Shown here: positions 40,411 to 49,946 of the stretch, in pieces
Layout: every line of letters begins with the position of its first letter
Position numbering within the stretch: the stretch's first letter is position 1
From: a virus
IMG/VR virus record: IMGVR_UViG_3300022910_000005
Location: 1-64,000 of that record
Strand: one strand, 5' to 3'
DNA length: 64,000 nt
The notes under the pieces: model-generated
Databases searched by the model: none
What the model was told of the DNA's origin: nothing
What the model saw: the letters and a program-made list of their open reading frames with translations, nothing else
Program-made: the position numbers and the translations under genes

Positions 40411-40989
40411 TTACTGCGGGGGTACGACAGTTTCGGTGGCGTTCTCCTGGATCAGGCAGCCGTCGATGTACGCGGTCGGCCTGCCGTTGCCGTCCACCGA
40501 CCACGGGTCGGTGTCACTGTGGCGGTGTCCAACCCGAGACTCCATCGGCGCGCCTACGGCCACCTCGGGAGTAGTCACGACGACCGGCACGGCCGAGTCG
40601 CCTTCGGTGGCAGCCAGGAACTTGTCGATCTTCACGTCGCTGGCGATCGGGCCGAGCGTGCCGAGCCGCCGCGCGTCCACGTCCTGAATCTTCTTGAACA
40701 GCAGACGGAAAGCGTCGCCCCGGTTGCCGGTGATGTGTTCCACCACGCCGAGCGCGGTGATCGCCCAGTCGAGCGACTCCTCCTGAACGTCGAGGATGTT
40801 CGCCGTCACGCCCTTGCGGGGGTTCTGGCCGGACATGCCGATGATCTCGGCCGCCGCTTCGCCCCGCTCCTCATGGATCTTCAGGAACCGCGTCAGCAAC
40901 TGCTCCAGCGGCGTCTTGTCCGCGTTGTGGTCGTCGATCCATTTGCTCAGGGCCGTCAGCCGGGACTGCGCCTCGTCGAAATTCGTCAC
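40411..40989 (-). CDS. MazG-like nucleotide pyrophosphohydrolase
   Basis: KIHEERGE...GQNPRKG...EESLD. Confidence 0.8.
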   Translation of the reverse strand: MTNFDEAQSRLTALSKWIDDHNADKTPLEQLLTRFLKIHEERGEAAAEIIGMSGQNPRKGVTANILDVQEESLDWAITALGVVEHITGNRGDAFRLLFKKIQDVDARRLGTLGPIASDVKIDKFLAATEGDSAVPVVVTTPEVAVGAPMESRVGHRHSDTDPWSVDGNGRPTAYIDGCLIQENATETVVPPQ

Positions 40990-42170
40990 GCCGTGATCTC
41001 CTTCGGTGCGTTGATGACGGCCAGGCGAGCCGAGGCGTGCGCGATGAGCGCCGGGCTCCAATGGTCGCCGGGGTACTGGTGCCAGAGCGCTTCCAGTTCC
41101 GCCTGGCTGCCGGTCTGGTCGATGATCCGCCACAGGTTCGGGACGGCCGTGAACTGGACCATCCAGTCGTTTTCCCGCTGGTGGTCACGGATCAGGGGGA
41201 TCAGCGACACGGCGCGGAAGATGCCCCGCGCGATGTCCACCCAGCGCAACGTCGCTTCGCCTTCGCCTTCCGGCGGGATCGAGATGACGATCCCCCGGTG
41301 CGGGCAGACGTCCGGCAGGTCGTACCGGTCGGCTCCCTTGCCGTCAGGCCACGGAACGTACAACTTGGACCGGCTATAGATGCCCAACTGAATGCCGGTC
41401 TTTCGCTGGGCGTGGATCAGTCCGGTCAGGCTGGACGTCTTCAGGTCGGCGATGTAGTTGCGCCGCCCGCAGATGTCGCACGGCAGGTACTCGAACAGCC
41501 GGTCGAACGTCCCGGCCAGGTGGATCATGATCGGGTTGCCCTGGTCGTCGTACATCGGCTGGCCGAACTGATCGAGCCGCTGCGCGTCGAGCGCCACGAA
41601 GCATTCCACGCCCGGCTGGCCGGTCGGCAGGTCGACGATCTTCAGGTACTTCGTCAGTCGCACCCACTCCGTGAGGACGTACTCGTACTCCTCGATCGGC
41701 GTGAAAGGGATTCCCAGGTCGTAGTTCTCGGTCATCGTATGCTTCATGGTGCCGAGCCGGTCAGCGTCGAACACCAGGCGCAGAGCCTTGTCGTTGACCT
41801 TGTCGTGGCCGTCCTTATCGACATCAGGCCCGGCCAGGACGGACCGCTCCGCCCGCAGCGTCACACCCTGCTGGCCGGTGTCGAAGTAGCCGGACACCGT
41901 CTTGCGCGTCTTCCAGGCCGCCAGCCGCTCGCTGTTGTCGCCCGGTTCGCCCCAGCCGGACGGGCGACCGTAGTACTTCATCTTCTTCCCGTCCGGCAGC
42001 CACAGTTTCGGGCTGCCGTTCCCGCCGTGGCGCGGGATCAGGTCTTCAGTCCGCAGCGGCCGGTCCGGGTCCTCGCGGTCGGCCGGGTCCAGCAGCGCGG
42101 GGATGCCCTTGCTGCTGATCTTCTTCTTGGCGTACGGGTCATACAGTTCGTCGTCCGGATCGTTGCTCAT
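40986..42170 (-). CDS. PD-(D/E)xK (RecB/Cas4-like) exonuclease
   Basis: GT..H, E, AGTFDRL, IADLKT, QLGIY. Confidence 0.82.
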   Translation of the reverse strand: MSNDPDDELYDPYAKKKISSKGIPALLDPADREDPDRPLRTEDLIPRHGGNGSPKLWLPDGKKMKYYGRPSGWGEPGDNSERLAAWKTRKTVSGYFDTGQQGVTLRAERSVLAGPDVDKDGHDKVNDKALRLVFDADRLGTMKHTMTENYDLGIPFTPIEEYEYVLTEWVRLTKYLKIVDLPTGQPGVECFVALDAQRLDQFGQPMYDDQGNPIMIHLAGTFDRLFEYLPCDICGRRNYIADLKTSSLTGLIHAQRKTGIQLGIYSRSKLYVPWPDGKGADRYDLPDVCPHRGIVISIPPEGEGEATLRWVDIARGIFRAVSLIPLIRDHQRENDWMVQFTAVPNLWRIIDQTGSQAELEALWHQYPGDHWSPALIAHASARLAVINAPKEITA

Positions 42171-42941
42171 AGGCCAAGTCTCCCAGTGGGGTACGACATT
42201 TCAGAGAGGCTTCGGTTCCGTCATACCGTTGATCGTCAGGGTCTCGCCCGGGTGGACTTCCTGATCCTGGCTGATGCGGTACAGCAGTTCGCCGTCCAGA
42301 CCGAACACACCGGCACCGGTCCAGGGCCGGAGTCCGGAGACGAACGTCCATTGCGTCGGTCCGCCGACGTGCAGCACCTTGGTCTCCATCCAGTGCGGAC
42401 GGTTGGACGGCCTGGTGAAGATCCGCACGCGGCACGGCTCGACGGCCACCGGCTCGTCCCCGACCATCGGCCGGACGTGCGCAAGGATGATCATTGGCGA
42501 GCCTTCAGGTCGATCCTGACGGGCGACTTCGCGAGGCCGACGGACGCCCAGTCCTCCTTGTTGATGGCCTGTCCGAGGCGGGCCTTCTTGAGGACGGCGT
42601 ACATCGCCCGGTTCGCGGCGACCATCACGTTCCGCTCGGTGACGAAGCCTTCCAGCATGTCCGCGTTGATAATCAGGTCGGTCGGCTTGCCGTCCGGCCC
42701 CCACTCGATGCTCAACTGGTTGGTCTCGGTGTTGCGCCGGATGATCGGCACTGCGGCGGGGATCAGGTCCCCCAGGTCGATCTCAGGCATGTCGTTGCTC
42801 ACTTGCGGAACTCCTTGATGGTGGCCAGCACGATGGCCGCCACGACAACTGCCACCACTACGACGACTCCGATGACGAACAGGGCCTGAGCGGTGTAGGT
42901 CAGGAGCAGGCTCCAGGACACGTAATCCTCCCAACATAGAA

Positions 42942-42989
42942 AACCGGCTGTCACCTGCAAGAATATCGCAGGTGACAGCCGGTTGTCAA
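42942..42989 (-). terminator. 17-bp hairpin terminator overlapping a TTGACA-N18-TATTCT promoter
   Basis: AACCGGCTGTCACCTGC-N9-GCAGGTGACAGCCGGTT. Confidence 0.75.
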
Positions 42990-42996
42990 TTGGTTG

Positions 42997-45561
42997 TCAA
43001 TCCATCTCGTCCCGCTTGAACCGCAGGCCACGGAACACCCGGGCGCGCGCCGGGAGCGGCGGCTGGGCCGACGAGAACGTCACGTTGGGAGCCATCGGCG
43101 GCCGGGAGATGTCCGAGGAGGCCGTCCGCACCTGGCCCTCCGTCACCCCGGCCGAGCGGACCAGTTCATGCACCCGGAACCGGCCCAGGAACGTCTCGCT
43201 GCTCCACTTCGAGTGGTTCTGGGCTACCAGGAAGTTGACGAAGTCGGTGAACAGATCCTGCCGGGCGACCATGCCGTCTGGGTCCACCTCCAGCCGGTCC
43301 ACGAAGTAGGCCATGATCCGGTCCGCCTCCATCTGCCAGCCCTTCACCGCCTCGGACACCTCCAGCGGCCGACGCTCCACCTCCACCAGCATCGGGTCCG
43401 CGAAGTAACGCATCGCGCCCTCCACCAGCCAGGTGATGATCGCGTCATGCTGATCGTCGGTGTTGTCGCGGATGCGCCGCTTCAGCGTCGGATCGCCGAC
43501 CCGGTCGTTCTCGGCCTCCGGCTTCTCCTTGAAGGTGTACGGGAAGTCCACCAGCAGCAGCCGACGCCATGTGCCCCAGTCCACTTCGGCCACCGACGGC
43601 TTCGAGTTGGACGTCACGAACATGCTGTGGCTGGCCGGGAAGGTGATCGGGTTCTGGTGCAGCATCCGGGCCGTGATGTAGCCGGTGTCGGTGATCCGCT
43701 TGATCTCCTCCACCGAAAGCGCGTGCGACTCAGGCAGTTCCTCGATCAGCGCGAACCGAACGCCCCGCAGGCTGGCCCGGTCCGGCGTCGCTCCGGTGCC
43801 CTGGCCCTTGGAGATCAGCGTCGGCTGGGCCATGTGCGCGTAGTCGCCGAGCGCCGGGAAGACGCCCTCCGTGGTGTACGCGGACTTTCCGTTGTTGCCG
43901 GTGCCGACCAGGAAGATCGCGTCCTTGGCGTTGTGGCCGGTGGCCGCCTGCCCCATCCGGATCTGCATGTAGTCGGCCTGCTCCGGCGGCAGGGCCATCA
44001 GCGCCTTGTCCCAGTCCGGATGCCGGAAGCCCTGCCGGTAGCGGCCGTTCGTGACCTTGGTGAAGTACAGGTCCGGGTCATGCTTGGAGAACTTGCCGGT
44101 CCGCAGGTCGACCACGAAGTTCGGCGTGTTCAGCAGTTCGGCGTGCGCGTCCAACTGCGCCGGGTCGGCGAACACGCCGTCGATGATCGCCAGGGTGTTG
44201 CGGATCGCGTTCATCTTGGAACGGGCCTGGAACGAGCGGTACGCCTTGGCCAACTTCAGGTACTTGTCGTCCTCGGTCTTCTTGAACTTGTCGACCATCG
44301 CCCGGAACTGCTTGGTGTAGAAGCGGGCGATCATGTTGTCGATGGCGTCCTCAGAGACTGGTGCCCACCGGCAGCCGTCCCAGCGGTGCCAGCCGACGCC
44401 GTCGGCGTGCAGCACCCGGGTGCCCATCTTCTCGGCCAGGTGCTGCGCCTGCCCGACGTCCGTGGCCCAGTCGGACAGGGCCTGCGACTCCTTGTCCTCC
44501 GGCACCGGGGGAGCACCGAGCGGCTGTGTGCCCTCAGGAGCCTCCAGATCCTCAGGCGTGACCATCTGCTCGGGATCGGCCACGATCGTCGCGTAGGCGG
44601 ACGTCCCGGCGGCCTGGGCGGGCACCGCGACGGCGGCGCTCGCGGACTTCGTGGGAGCGCCAGGGTTGATCGGCTTCTCCCAGGCCCGCTTGTTGGCCAT
44701 GCCGTCCTTCACTCCCCTGATGATCGTCGAGTTCATCGACGTCATGTCCGCGTTGCTGCGGAACGTCCAGCCAGCGATGGCGTCCAGCAGGCGGCCGATC
44801 ACCTCGTCCTCGTCCAACTGCCCGGCCCCGACGTACTGCCCGCACCAGAAGGCGATCCGGCTGGCCGTCGCGTTCCCCTGCCCGTCCGGGGCCGCCTCCA
44901 ACTGCCCGGCCAGGTCTTCGAGCCGGTCGAGCACCTCCTGCTCGGCCGCGATCGGGCCGGACTGCACCCGCTCCGGCCGCTGGACGTCCTTGCACATCTC
45001 GATCAGGTGCTCCGGCAGGTACATGAACGGCATGTCCTTGAACAGCCGGTACTGGCCGGTGCGGGGAAGGCCGGTCTTCGGGCTGATCTCCGTCACGACG
45101 GACGGCGGGGCGATCACGTAACCGTTGCCCCGGGTGTCCACGTCCGGGCCGATGCCACGCCCGGCCGCCCGGCCGCTGGTGTTGCGCAACTGCATCCCTT
45201 CCGGCATCAGGTACCAGAAGTGCAGGCCGCCGGTCCAGGACTGGACGGTGTACGTGTCGACGAAGCCGTGCTCGCCGCAGATCTTCGCCCAGGTCTCGCC
45301 GCCGACCTTGCCCTTCTCCTGGTCGGTGTCCACGTCGACCATGTAGAGCCCGGACGCGGCGGCCGAGACGCCGACGTTGGCGTAGGTGGCGTCTCTCCAC
45401 ATCCGTTCGATGATCGCCGGGTCGCTGGTCGCTTCCAGGTGGCCGTTCGATCCGTTGAGCGGGGCCTTGCTACGCGGAGTGAGCGGGAAGACCTTCAACC
45501 CCCGGCCAGCCAGGTCCAGGGCGGCCTTCTTGGTGTCTCCAGCGTCAAGTTGATAGTTCAA
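42997..45561 (-). CDS. bifunctional Prim-Pol / D5-P4-type SF3 primase-helicase
   Basis: VFPL..K.P, ANVG, VDVD, GGLH, DTRG.GYVIAPPS; LNTPN..VDLRTG; GTGNNGKS; WRRL. Confidence 0.92.
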   Translation of the reverse strand: MNYQLDAGDTKKAALDLAGRGLKVFPLTPRSKAPLNGSNGHLEATSDPAIIERMWRDATYANVGVSAAASGLYMVDVDTDQEKGKVGGETWAKICGEHGFVDTYTVQSWTGGLHFWYLMPEGMQLRNTSGRAAGRGIGPDVDTRGNGYVIAPPSVVTEISPKTGLPRTGQYRLFKDMPFMYLPEHLIEMCKDVQRPERVQSGPIAAEQEVLDRLEDLAGQLEAAPDGQGNATASRIAFWCGQYVGAGQLDEDEVIGRLLDAIAGWTFRSNADMTSMNSTIIRGVKDGMANKRAWEKPINPGAPTKSASAAVAVPAQAAGTSAYATIVADPEQMVTPEDLEAPEGTQPLGAPPVPEDKESQALSDWATDVGQAQHLAEKMGTRVLHADGVGWHRWDGCRWAPVSEDAIDNMIARFYTKQFRAMVDKFKKTEDDKYLKLAKAYRSFQARSKMNAIRNTLAIIDGVFADPAQLDAHAELLNTPNFVVDLRTGKFSKHDPDLYFTKVTNGRYRQGFRHPDWDKALMALPPEQADYMQIRMGQAATGHNAKDAIFLVGTGNNGKSAYTTEGVFPALGDYAHMAQPTLISKGQGTGATPDRASLRGVRFALIEELPESHALSVEEIKRITDTGYITARMLHQNPITFPASHSMFVTSNSKPSVAEVDWGTWRRLLLVDFPYTFKEKPEAENDRVGDPTLKRRIRDNTDDQHDAIITWLVEGAMRYFADPMLVEVERRPLEVSEAVKGWQMEADRIMAYFVDRLEVDPDGMVARQDLFTDFVNFLVAQNHSKWSSETFLGRFRVHELVRSAGVTEGQVRTASSDISRPPMAPNVTFSSAQPPLPARARVFRGLRFKRDEMD

Positions 45562-45616
45562 CGAGTTCTCCTTCGCGTGTCCGATTTGATGCGATTCACT
45601 CGGTCACTCTCTGTGC

Positions 45617-45705
45617 CTGTCACAGGTGTCACAGCCAACTTATTGATTTTCTAGAGGATTTTGCCTCGCAGGGAACGAATCTAGAGCCTGTGACACCTGT
45701 GACAG
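45617..45705. repeat. 88-bp origin-like element copy 2, directly upstream of the primase-helicase
   Basis: same orientation as 9537-9624. Confidence 0.9.
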
Positions 45706-45849
45706 TAGCCCATCCCTCCAGGTCAGAGCAACGGTGCCGATTCTCTTGTTGATCTTGATACGAACCCTGAGACGTATCACGGTGCGCGACCGGCGGGGCG
45801 GGCGTGCCACTGGCCGGGCTCTGCGTGTGACAGGCGTCGGTGAAGCGCT

Positions 45850-46356
45850 TCACAAGGTGTCCAGCCGAAGGATGACCGGCGGCGTGGGGTGCGCTCGCCG
45901 TCCCATCCGGATCGTCTGCCAGGTGCCGGAGCGTCGCTGCCGGGGGTCGTCCTCCGCGCCGATCGGGAAGCCGACCAACTGGTTGCTGTTGTCGACGATC
46001 GACTGGTTGCGGTCCTTGTAGGTGCTGCCGGGCGGCATGTGGATCACCTGGACGGCGTGGCCGAACGGCAGCCACCATCGGTCGGTGAACGATTCGTTGG
46101 CGGGCACGATCACCAGGTGGTGGCGGCCGGGGAACTTCTCGGCGCAGTATTCGCCGACGATGGTGTCCAGTCCTCGGCAGGCTCCGGTCACGAAGCCGTG
46201 CGCGTACTCGCCGAGCCGGTCCAGGTGGCCGTACAGCCGGTCGACGGTACGTGCGTCGGGCGTGAAGCGGCTGCCGGTGAAGCCGAGGATCAGTTGTGGT
46301 CGGTCGGGTGCCGGACCGCTAGATGTAGTGTTCACTTCTTGACCGTACGCGGACAT
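45850..46356 (-). CDS. SLOG-superfamily (YspA/DprA-like) protein
   Basis: GFTGSR, TGAC.GLD, RNQSIVD, SGTWQTI. Confidence 0.75.
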   Translation of the reverse strand: MSAYGQEVNTTSSGPAPDRPQLILGFTGSRFTPDARTVDRLYGHLDRLGEYAHGFVTGACRGLDTIVGEYCAEKFPGRHHLVIVPANESFTDRWWLPFGHAVQVIHMPPGSTYKDRNQSIVDNSNQLVGFPIGAEDDPRQRRSGTWQTIRMGRRAHPTPPVILRLDTL

Positions 46357-46424
46357 GCAGGTGTCCTTCCGGAGATAACGAGGCCCCCGCCACTGATGAT
46401 GGCGGGGGCCTGACCTTACGCCGC

Positions 46425-46679
46425 TCAGACGACTGGCGCGTTCCGCTCCGGCTTGATGACGGCCAGAGCCCTCGCCACGGTCTCGTCGAACGTCTGCCCC
46501 TCGGGCAGCGCGGTCTCGTCGGCCGGGTCGAGCCCGAACAGCATGTTGATCCCGGCCCGCACGACCTCGGCCTTGCCCTCGATCGCCGGGTCGGCCGCGT
46601 CGGTCGCCTTGATCAGTTCGTGCTGAAGACCGGTCATCACCGAACCGAACTGGTCGGTGTACTTGCGCGCCTTACCCAC
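46425..46679 (-). CDS. putative ribbon-helix-helix DNA-binding protein
   Basis: basic N-terminus, short strand, KAEVVRAGI helix; own promoter. Confidence 0.4.
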   Translation of the reverse strand: MGKARKYTDQFGSVMTGLQHELIKATDAADPAIEGKAEVVRAGINMLFGLDPADETALPEGQTFDETVARALAVIKPERNAPVV

Positions 46680-46735
46680 TCGGGCCTCCTGCTCATCGTG
46701 CTCTGAGCAGGGCCGGATGCCCTGCTGACAACGAG

Positions 46736-46777
46736 ATCTTATGGGACTTGTCATTCGATTGTCAACTGTGCAAGACT
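46736..46777. promoter_or_regulatory. overlapping divergent promoters with tandem TTGTCA sites
   Basis: minus TTGACA-N18-TAAGAT; plus TTGTCA-N18-AAGACT-N6-ATG(46784). Confidence 0.7.
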
Positions 46778-46783
46778 CCGTGC

Positions 46784-48731
46784 ATGACAACGCGACCTGA
46801 GCCTGCGCGGCTCGACACCGTCCGGGGCACCACTCGGCAGATCATCGGCCTGACCCGCAACCTCGGCAAGAAGGCCGTCGAGGACATCGACCTCCAGCAG
46901 AAGGAGGCTGTCGTCGTCCTGGAGTCGGTCCGAGTGCTGATCGCTTCCTACGAGTCGCTGCTGGCCGTCTGTTCCGACAACGGCATGGTTGGCCAGGTGC
47001 TCGCACCTGAGCAGGAGGACTACCGTGCGGCCAAGCACTACCTGCGCATCCTGGATGGGCTGTACGGCCCGAAGGCGGCGAACTCATGAAGATGACCACC
47101 AACGGCAACTACGCGCACAAGCGCGGCCGGTGGACCGAGGTCGACCGGGTGAAGAACAAGAAGGACGGCATCGACTACCTGAAGTTCCAGTTGGGGTACA
47201 TCGAGGGCCTTTCCGACGACCGGTACCTGGAGATCCTCAAGGAGACCGGCGTCACCGTCACATTCGAGGAGGACTGATGGACCCGAACGCCTGCCTGAAG
47301 TACCTGCGCCAGGCCGTCGCTGACGGCGAGGCGGACCGTGCGCTCGAACTGCGCGAGGCCCTGCACCTGTGGGTCGCTCGTGGTGGTTTCGAGCCGGACG
47401 ACCCGAACTGGCGCTCGGCATGAGCGACACCTACAACCTCGGCTACCTGCCGACCGGCCGCAAGGCACACCTGTTCTACGGTTCGCTGGCCGGGTCCGCC
47501 GTCTGTGGGATCTTCAGCCCGAACGTCTGGATGGGCACCGGCAGCCAGGCCGAGTACGAACGGGCGAAAGCCCTGCCCCCATGCCGCCGCTGCGCGAACC
47601 TCGTTGCAGCGGGCCACATTTAAGGAGAAGTGATGGCAAGCAAGGACGTTCTGATGGTGCCCTGGTCGACGGGGCTGACCTACTCCGGCCAGAGGAACCT
47701 GCGCGTCGCCGCCGGGAGCCTCCTGGAGTACGCCCGGTACAACCCGGACTCCGGGTTCTCGGACGAGTCCGTCGCCTGGCGGCCGAACGAGGTCTTCTCC
47801 GGCTCGCTCCGGCTGGAGGACATGGAGCGCGGCCGGTCGGCCGCCCGGTTCATCTGGCGCTCGGACGACGGCCGGACGTATCCGATGTTCATGTCCGGCC
47901 TGCTGGACCTGGTCAAGACGCACGGCATTCAGCCGGGCGGCCTCGTCCACACCCGCTGGACCGTCGCGAAGCGTGGCAGCAACTTCGGACTGGTGGTGGC
48001 GAAATGAGCAACTGGAGGGACGTCCATCGGGGCTTCATCGTGAAGGACAAGACCGGCCAGGAGTGGCTGGTGCTGGAGCGCAAGCCCGGCCAGGTCTTCA
48101 CGATCAGCGCGCCAGGTCGCAGCGAGTACACCGGCCCGTTCCAGGGTGAGGTGGAGATCGTGAGACGGCCCGCGCCGCAGTCCGATCCGCGTGTCCAGGA
48201 CGTCATTGCGCGCGGTCTGATCGCCACCAAGTTCGGTGGCGTTGAGATCGGTAAGCAGGGGAAGGACAAGACGCAGCCGTGGATGACTCCGGTCGACTTC
48301 ACGGACCCGGGCGCGATGCTGGCCCACCTGCGGATCTTCCACAACGGCATGAGCGACGACCCGACCCTGGCCGGGCTCGTCAAGTATCACGCCACGCTGC
48401 ATCACCCGAAGCAGAAGGCGGCGGATCTGTATGAGCCGCACGTCCACACTCCCGACTTCGACGAGTTGTGAGCAACGGAAAGCGTTGTGGGCGAACGGGT
48501 AAGGTCAGATTCCGGGATGACGATGAGGCGAAGGCTGCACTGAGCCGCATCAGGTCCGACCGGGGAGAGCGGCGGGCGAAGGTGCCGGTGCGCTGGTACG
48601 ACGACTGCGAGTACTGCGGTGGCGTGCATCTGACCAGCCAGGAGTACCACAACGCGAACGGGACGATCTGGGAAGAGGAGGACGGCCTGCACGGGTTCCA
48701 TCCGCTGCCGGACGCCGACCGGGACTACTAA
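46784..48731 (+). CDS. operon of about 7 small hypothetical genes
   Basis: mostly start-stop coupled ORFs at 46784, 47086, 47277, 47420, about 47633, 48004, 48468. Confidence 0.6.
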
Positions 48732-48743
48732 CTGAACGCAGCC

Positions 48744-48811
48744 GCCCGCCACCTCGTAGTAAGAGGTGGCGGGCTTCTGCGTTGACAAGCGGTTGTCAAG
48801 TCTGTTACCTT
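48744..48811 (+). promoter_or_regulatory. terminator followed by the operator-promoter of the transfer operon
   Basis: GCCCGCCACCTC...GAGGTGGCGGGC then TTGACAAGCGGTTGTCAA at 48782. Confidence 0.8.
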
Positions 48812-48843
48812 GATAGCAAGTTAGCAACCACGGGAGGAACCCC

Positions 48844-49137
48844 ATGAACCACCTGCACACGCTGGCCGTGCTCGCGGCTGCCCCCAACATCAGCGTCGAC
48901 AAGATCAAGCAGTCGGCGCTGATGATTCTCACCGCCCTGATCTGCATCGGCCTCGCCTACATGACCCTCAAGGTCATCTGGAAGGACACCGACGACGGCG
49001 ACTACAGCAGCGTCGCGAAGAAGGTGCTCACCTCGATCATCGGGATGATCCCCTTCGTCATGGCCGGATCGCTGGCCATCGCCGCCGGGTGGGCGACCGC
49101 GCTGCTGAGCCTGCTGACCGGGCTGGTCTCGAAGTGA
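48844..49137 (+). CDS. pilin-like (VirB2/TrbC-like) 2-TM protein
   Basis: 97 aa, two long hydrophobic helices, first gene before virB3/virB4-like genes; GGAGG RBS. Confidence 0.55.
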   Translation: MNHLHTLAVLAAAPNISVDKIKQSALMILTALICIGLAYMTLKVIWKDTDDGDYSSVAKKVLTSIIGMIPFVMAGSLAIAAGWATALLSLLTGLVSK

Positions 49138-49946
49138 GCCCCGTGCAGCGGAACGACGACGACGGACGCCAGATCCGGCAGCCGTGGCTGGGCGCGAAAG
49201 GCGCACGCTGGCCGATGGACTGGACCTACGACGAGTGGGCGCTCGGCCTGTTCGGGTTCATCGTCGGCGGGACGCTGATCACCTGGGTGGTCCCGGCTGC
49301 CGTCATGGCGTTCATCGTGATCCGTTCCGCTGCACGGTTCATCTCGATCCGCAACAACCCGCACGCGCCCCGCAAGACGTACCTGCTCGTCGTGGCGATG
49401 ATGACGACGCTCTGCCTGATCCTGTCCGTCAACCCGATGTTCTGGCTCAAGCCGATCTTCCTGCCGTTCGCGCTGGTCGCGTCGCTGTTCATGCCCTCGC
49501 GCACCGTGAAGGCGTACGGCAAGTACGTCGGCTGGAACCGGCCGCTGTCCTACTGGATCGCCATGCCGTTCCGGATCGCCCGGGGGCCGCGCCTGGTGCC
49601 CACCGACACGATCAACCCGGCGATGCTCGGCATGGGCCTCGACCTGGAGAGCCTCGACCGCGATGACACGGCCGACCTGGTGCCCGGCCGGATCGTCACG
49701 ATCCCCCGGCTGAAGGCCCCGGCCAGGAAACCTGCGCCGCAGGCGCTTGCCCCCAAGCCCGTCAAGGCGACCATCACCAGCGCACCGAAGAAGACCGCCC
49801 GCGTCGCCCGCACCCCGCTGACCGAGCGCCGCCTCGTCGCACCGGGCGCTCCGGTCCGCCACCGCACCCGCAAGCAGAACCTGATCTACCGCACGCCGAC
49901 CGGCCTGATGGTCTTCGGCACCGAGTACCGGATGGAGAGCCGCTGA
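49134..49946 (+). CDS. VirB3/TcpE/PrgI-like membrane protein
   Basis: TM helices; immediately upstream of VirB4-like gene. Confidence 0.5.
   Translation: MSPVQRNDDDGRQIRQPWLGAKGARWPMDWTYDEWALGLFGFIVGGTLITWVVPAAVMAFIVIRSAARFISIRNNPHAPRKTYLLVVAMMTTLCLILSVNPMFWLKPIFLPFALVASLFMPSRTVKAYGKYVGWNRPLSYWIAMPFRIARGPRLVPTDTINPAMLGMGLDLESLDRDDTADLVPGRIVTIPRLKAPARKPAPQALAPKPVKATITSAPKKTARVARTPLTERRLVAPGAPVRHRTRKQNLIYRTPTGLMVFGTEYRMESR

Noticed and set aside
40986-42170. Cas4 as evidence of CRISPR-Cas
   Set aside because: Stand-alone phage PD-(D/E)xK exonuclease in a recombination context; no other cas genes.
42994-45654. 886-aa plus-strand ORF
   Set aside because: Antisense shadow of the motif-rich primase-helicase; typical of high-GC DNA.
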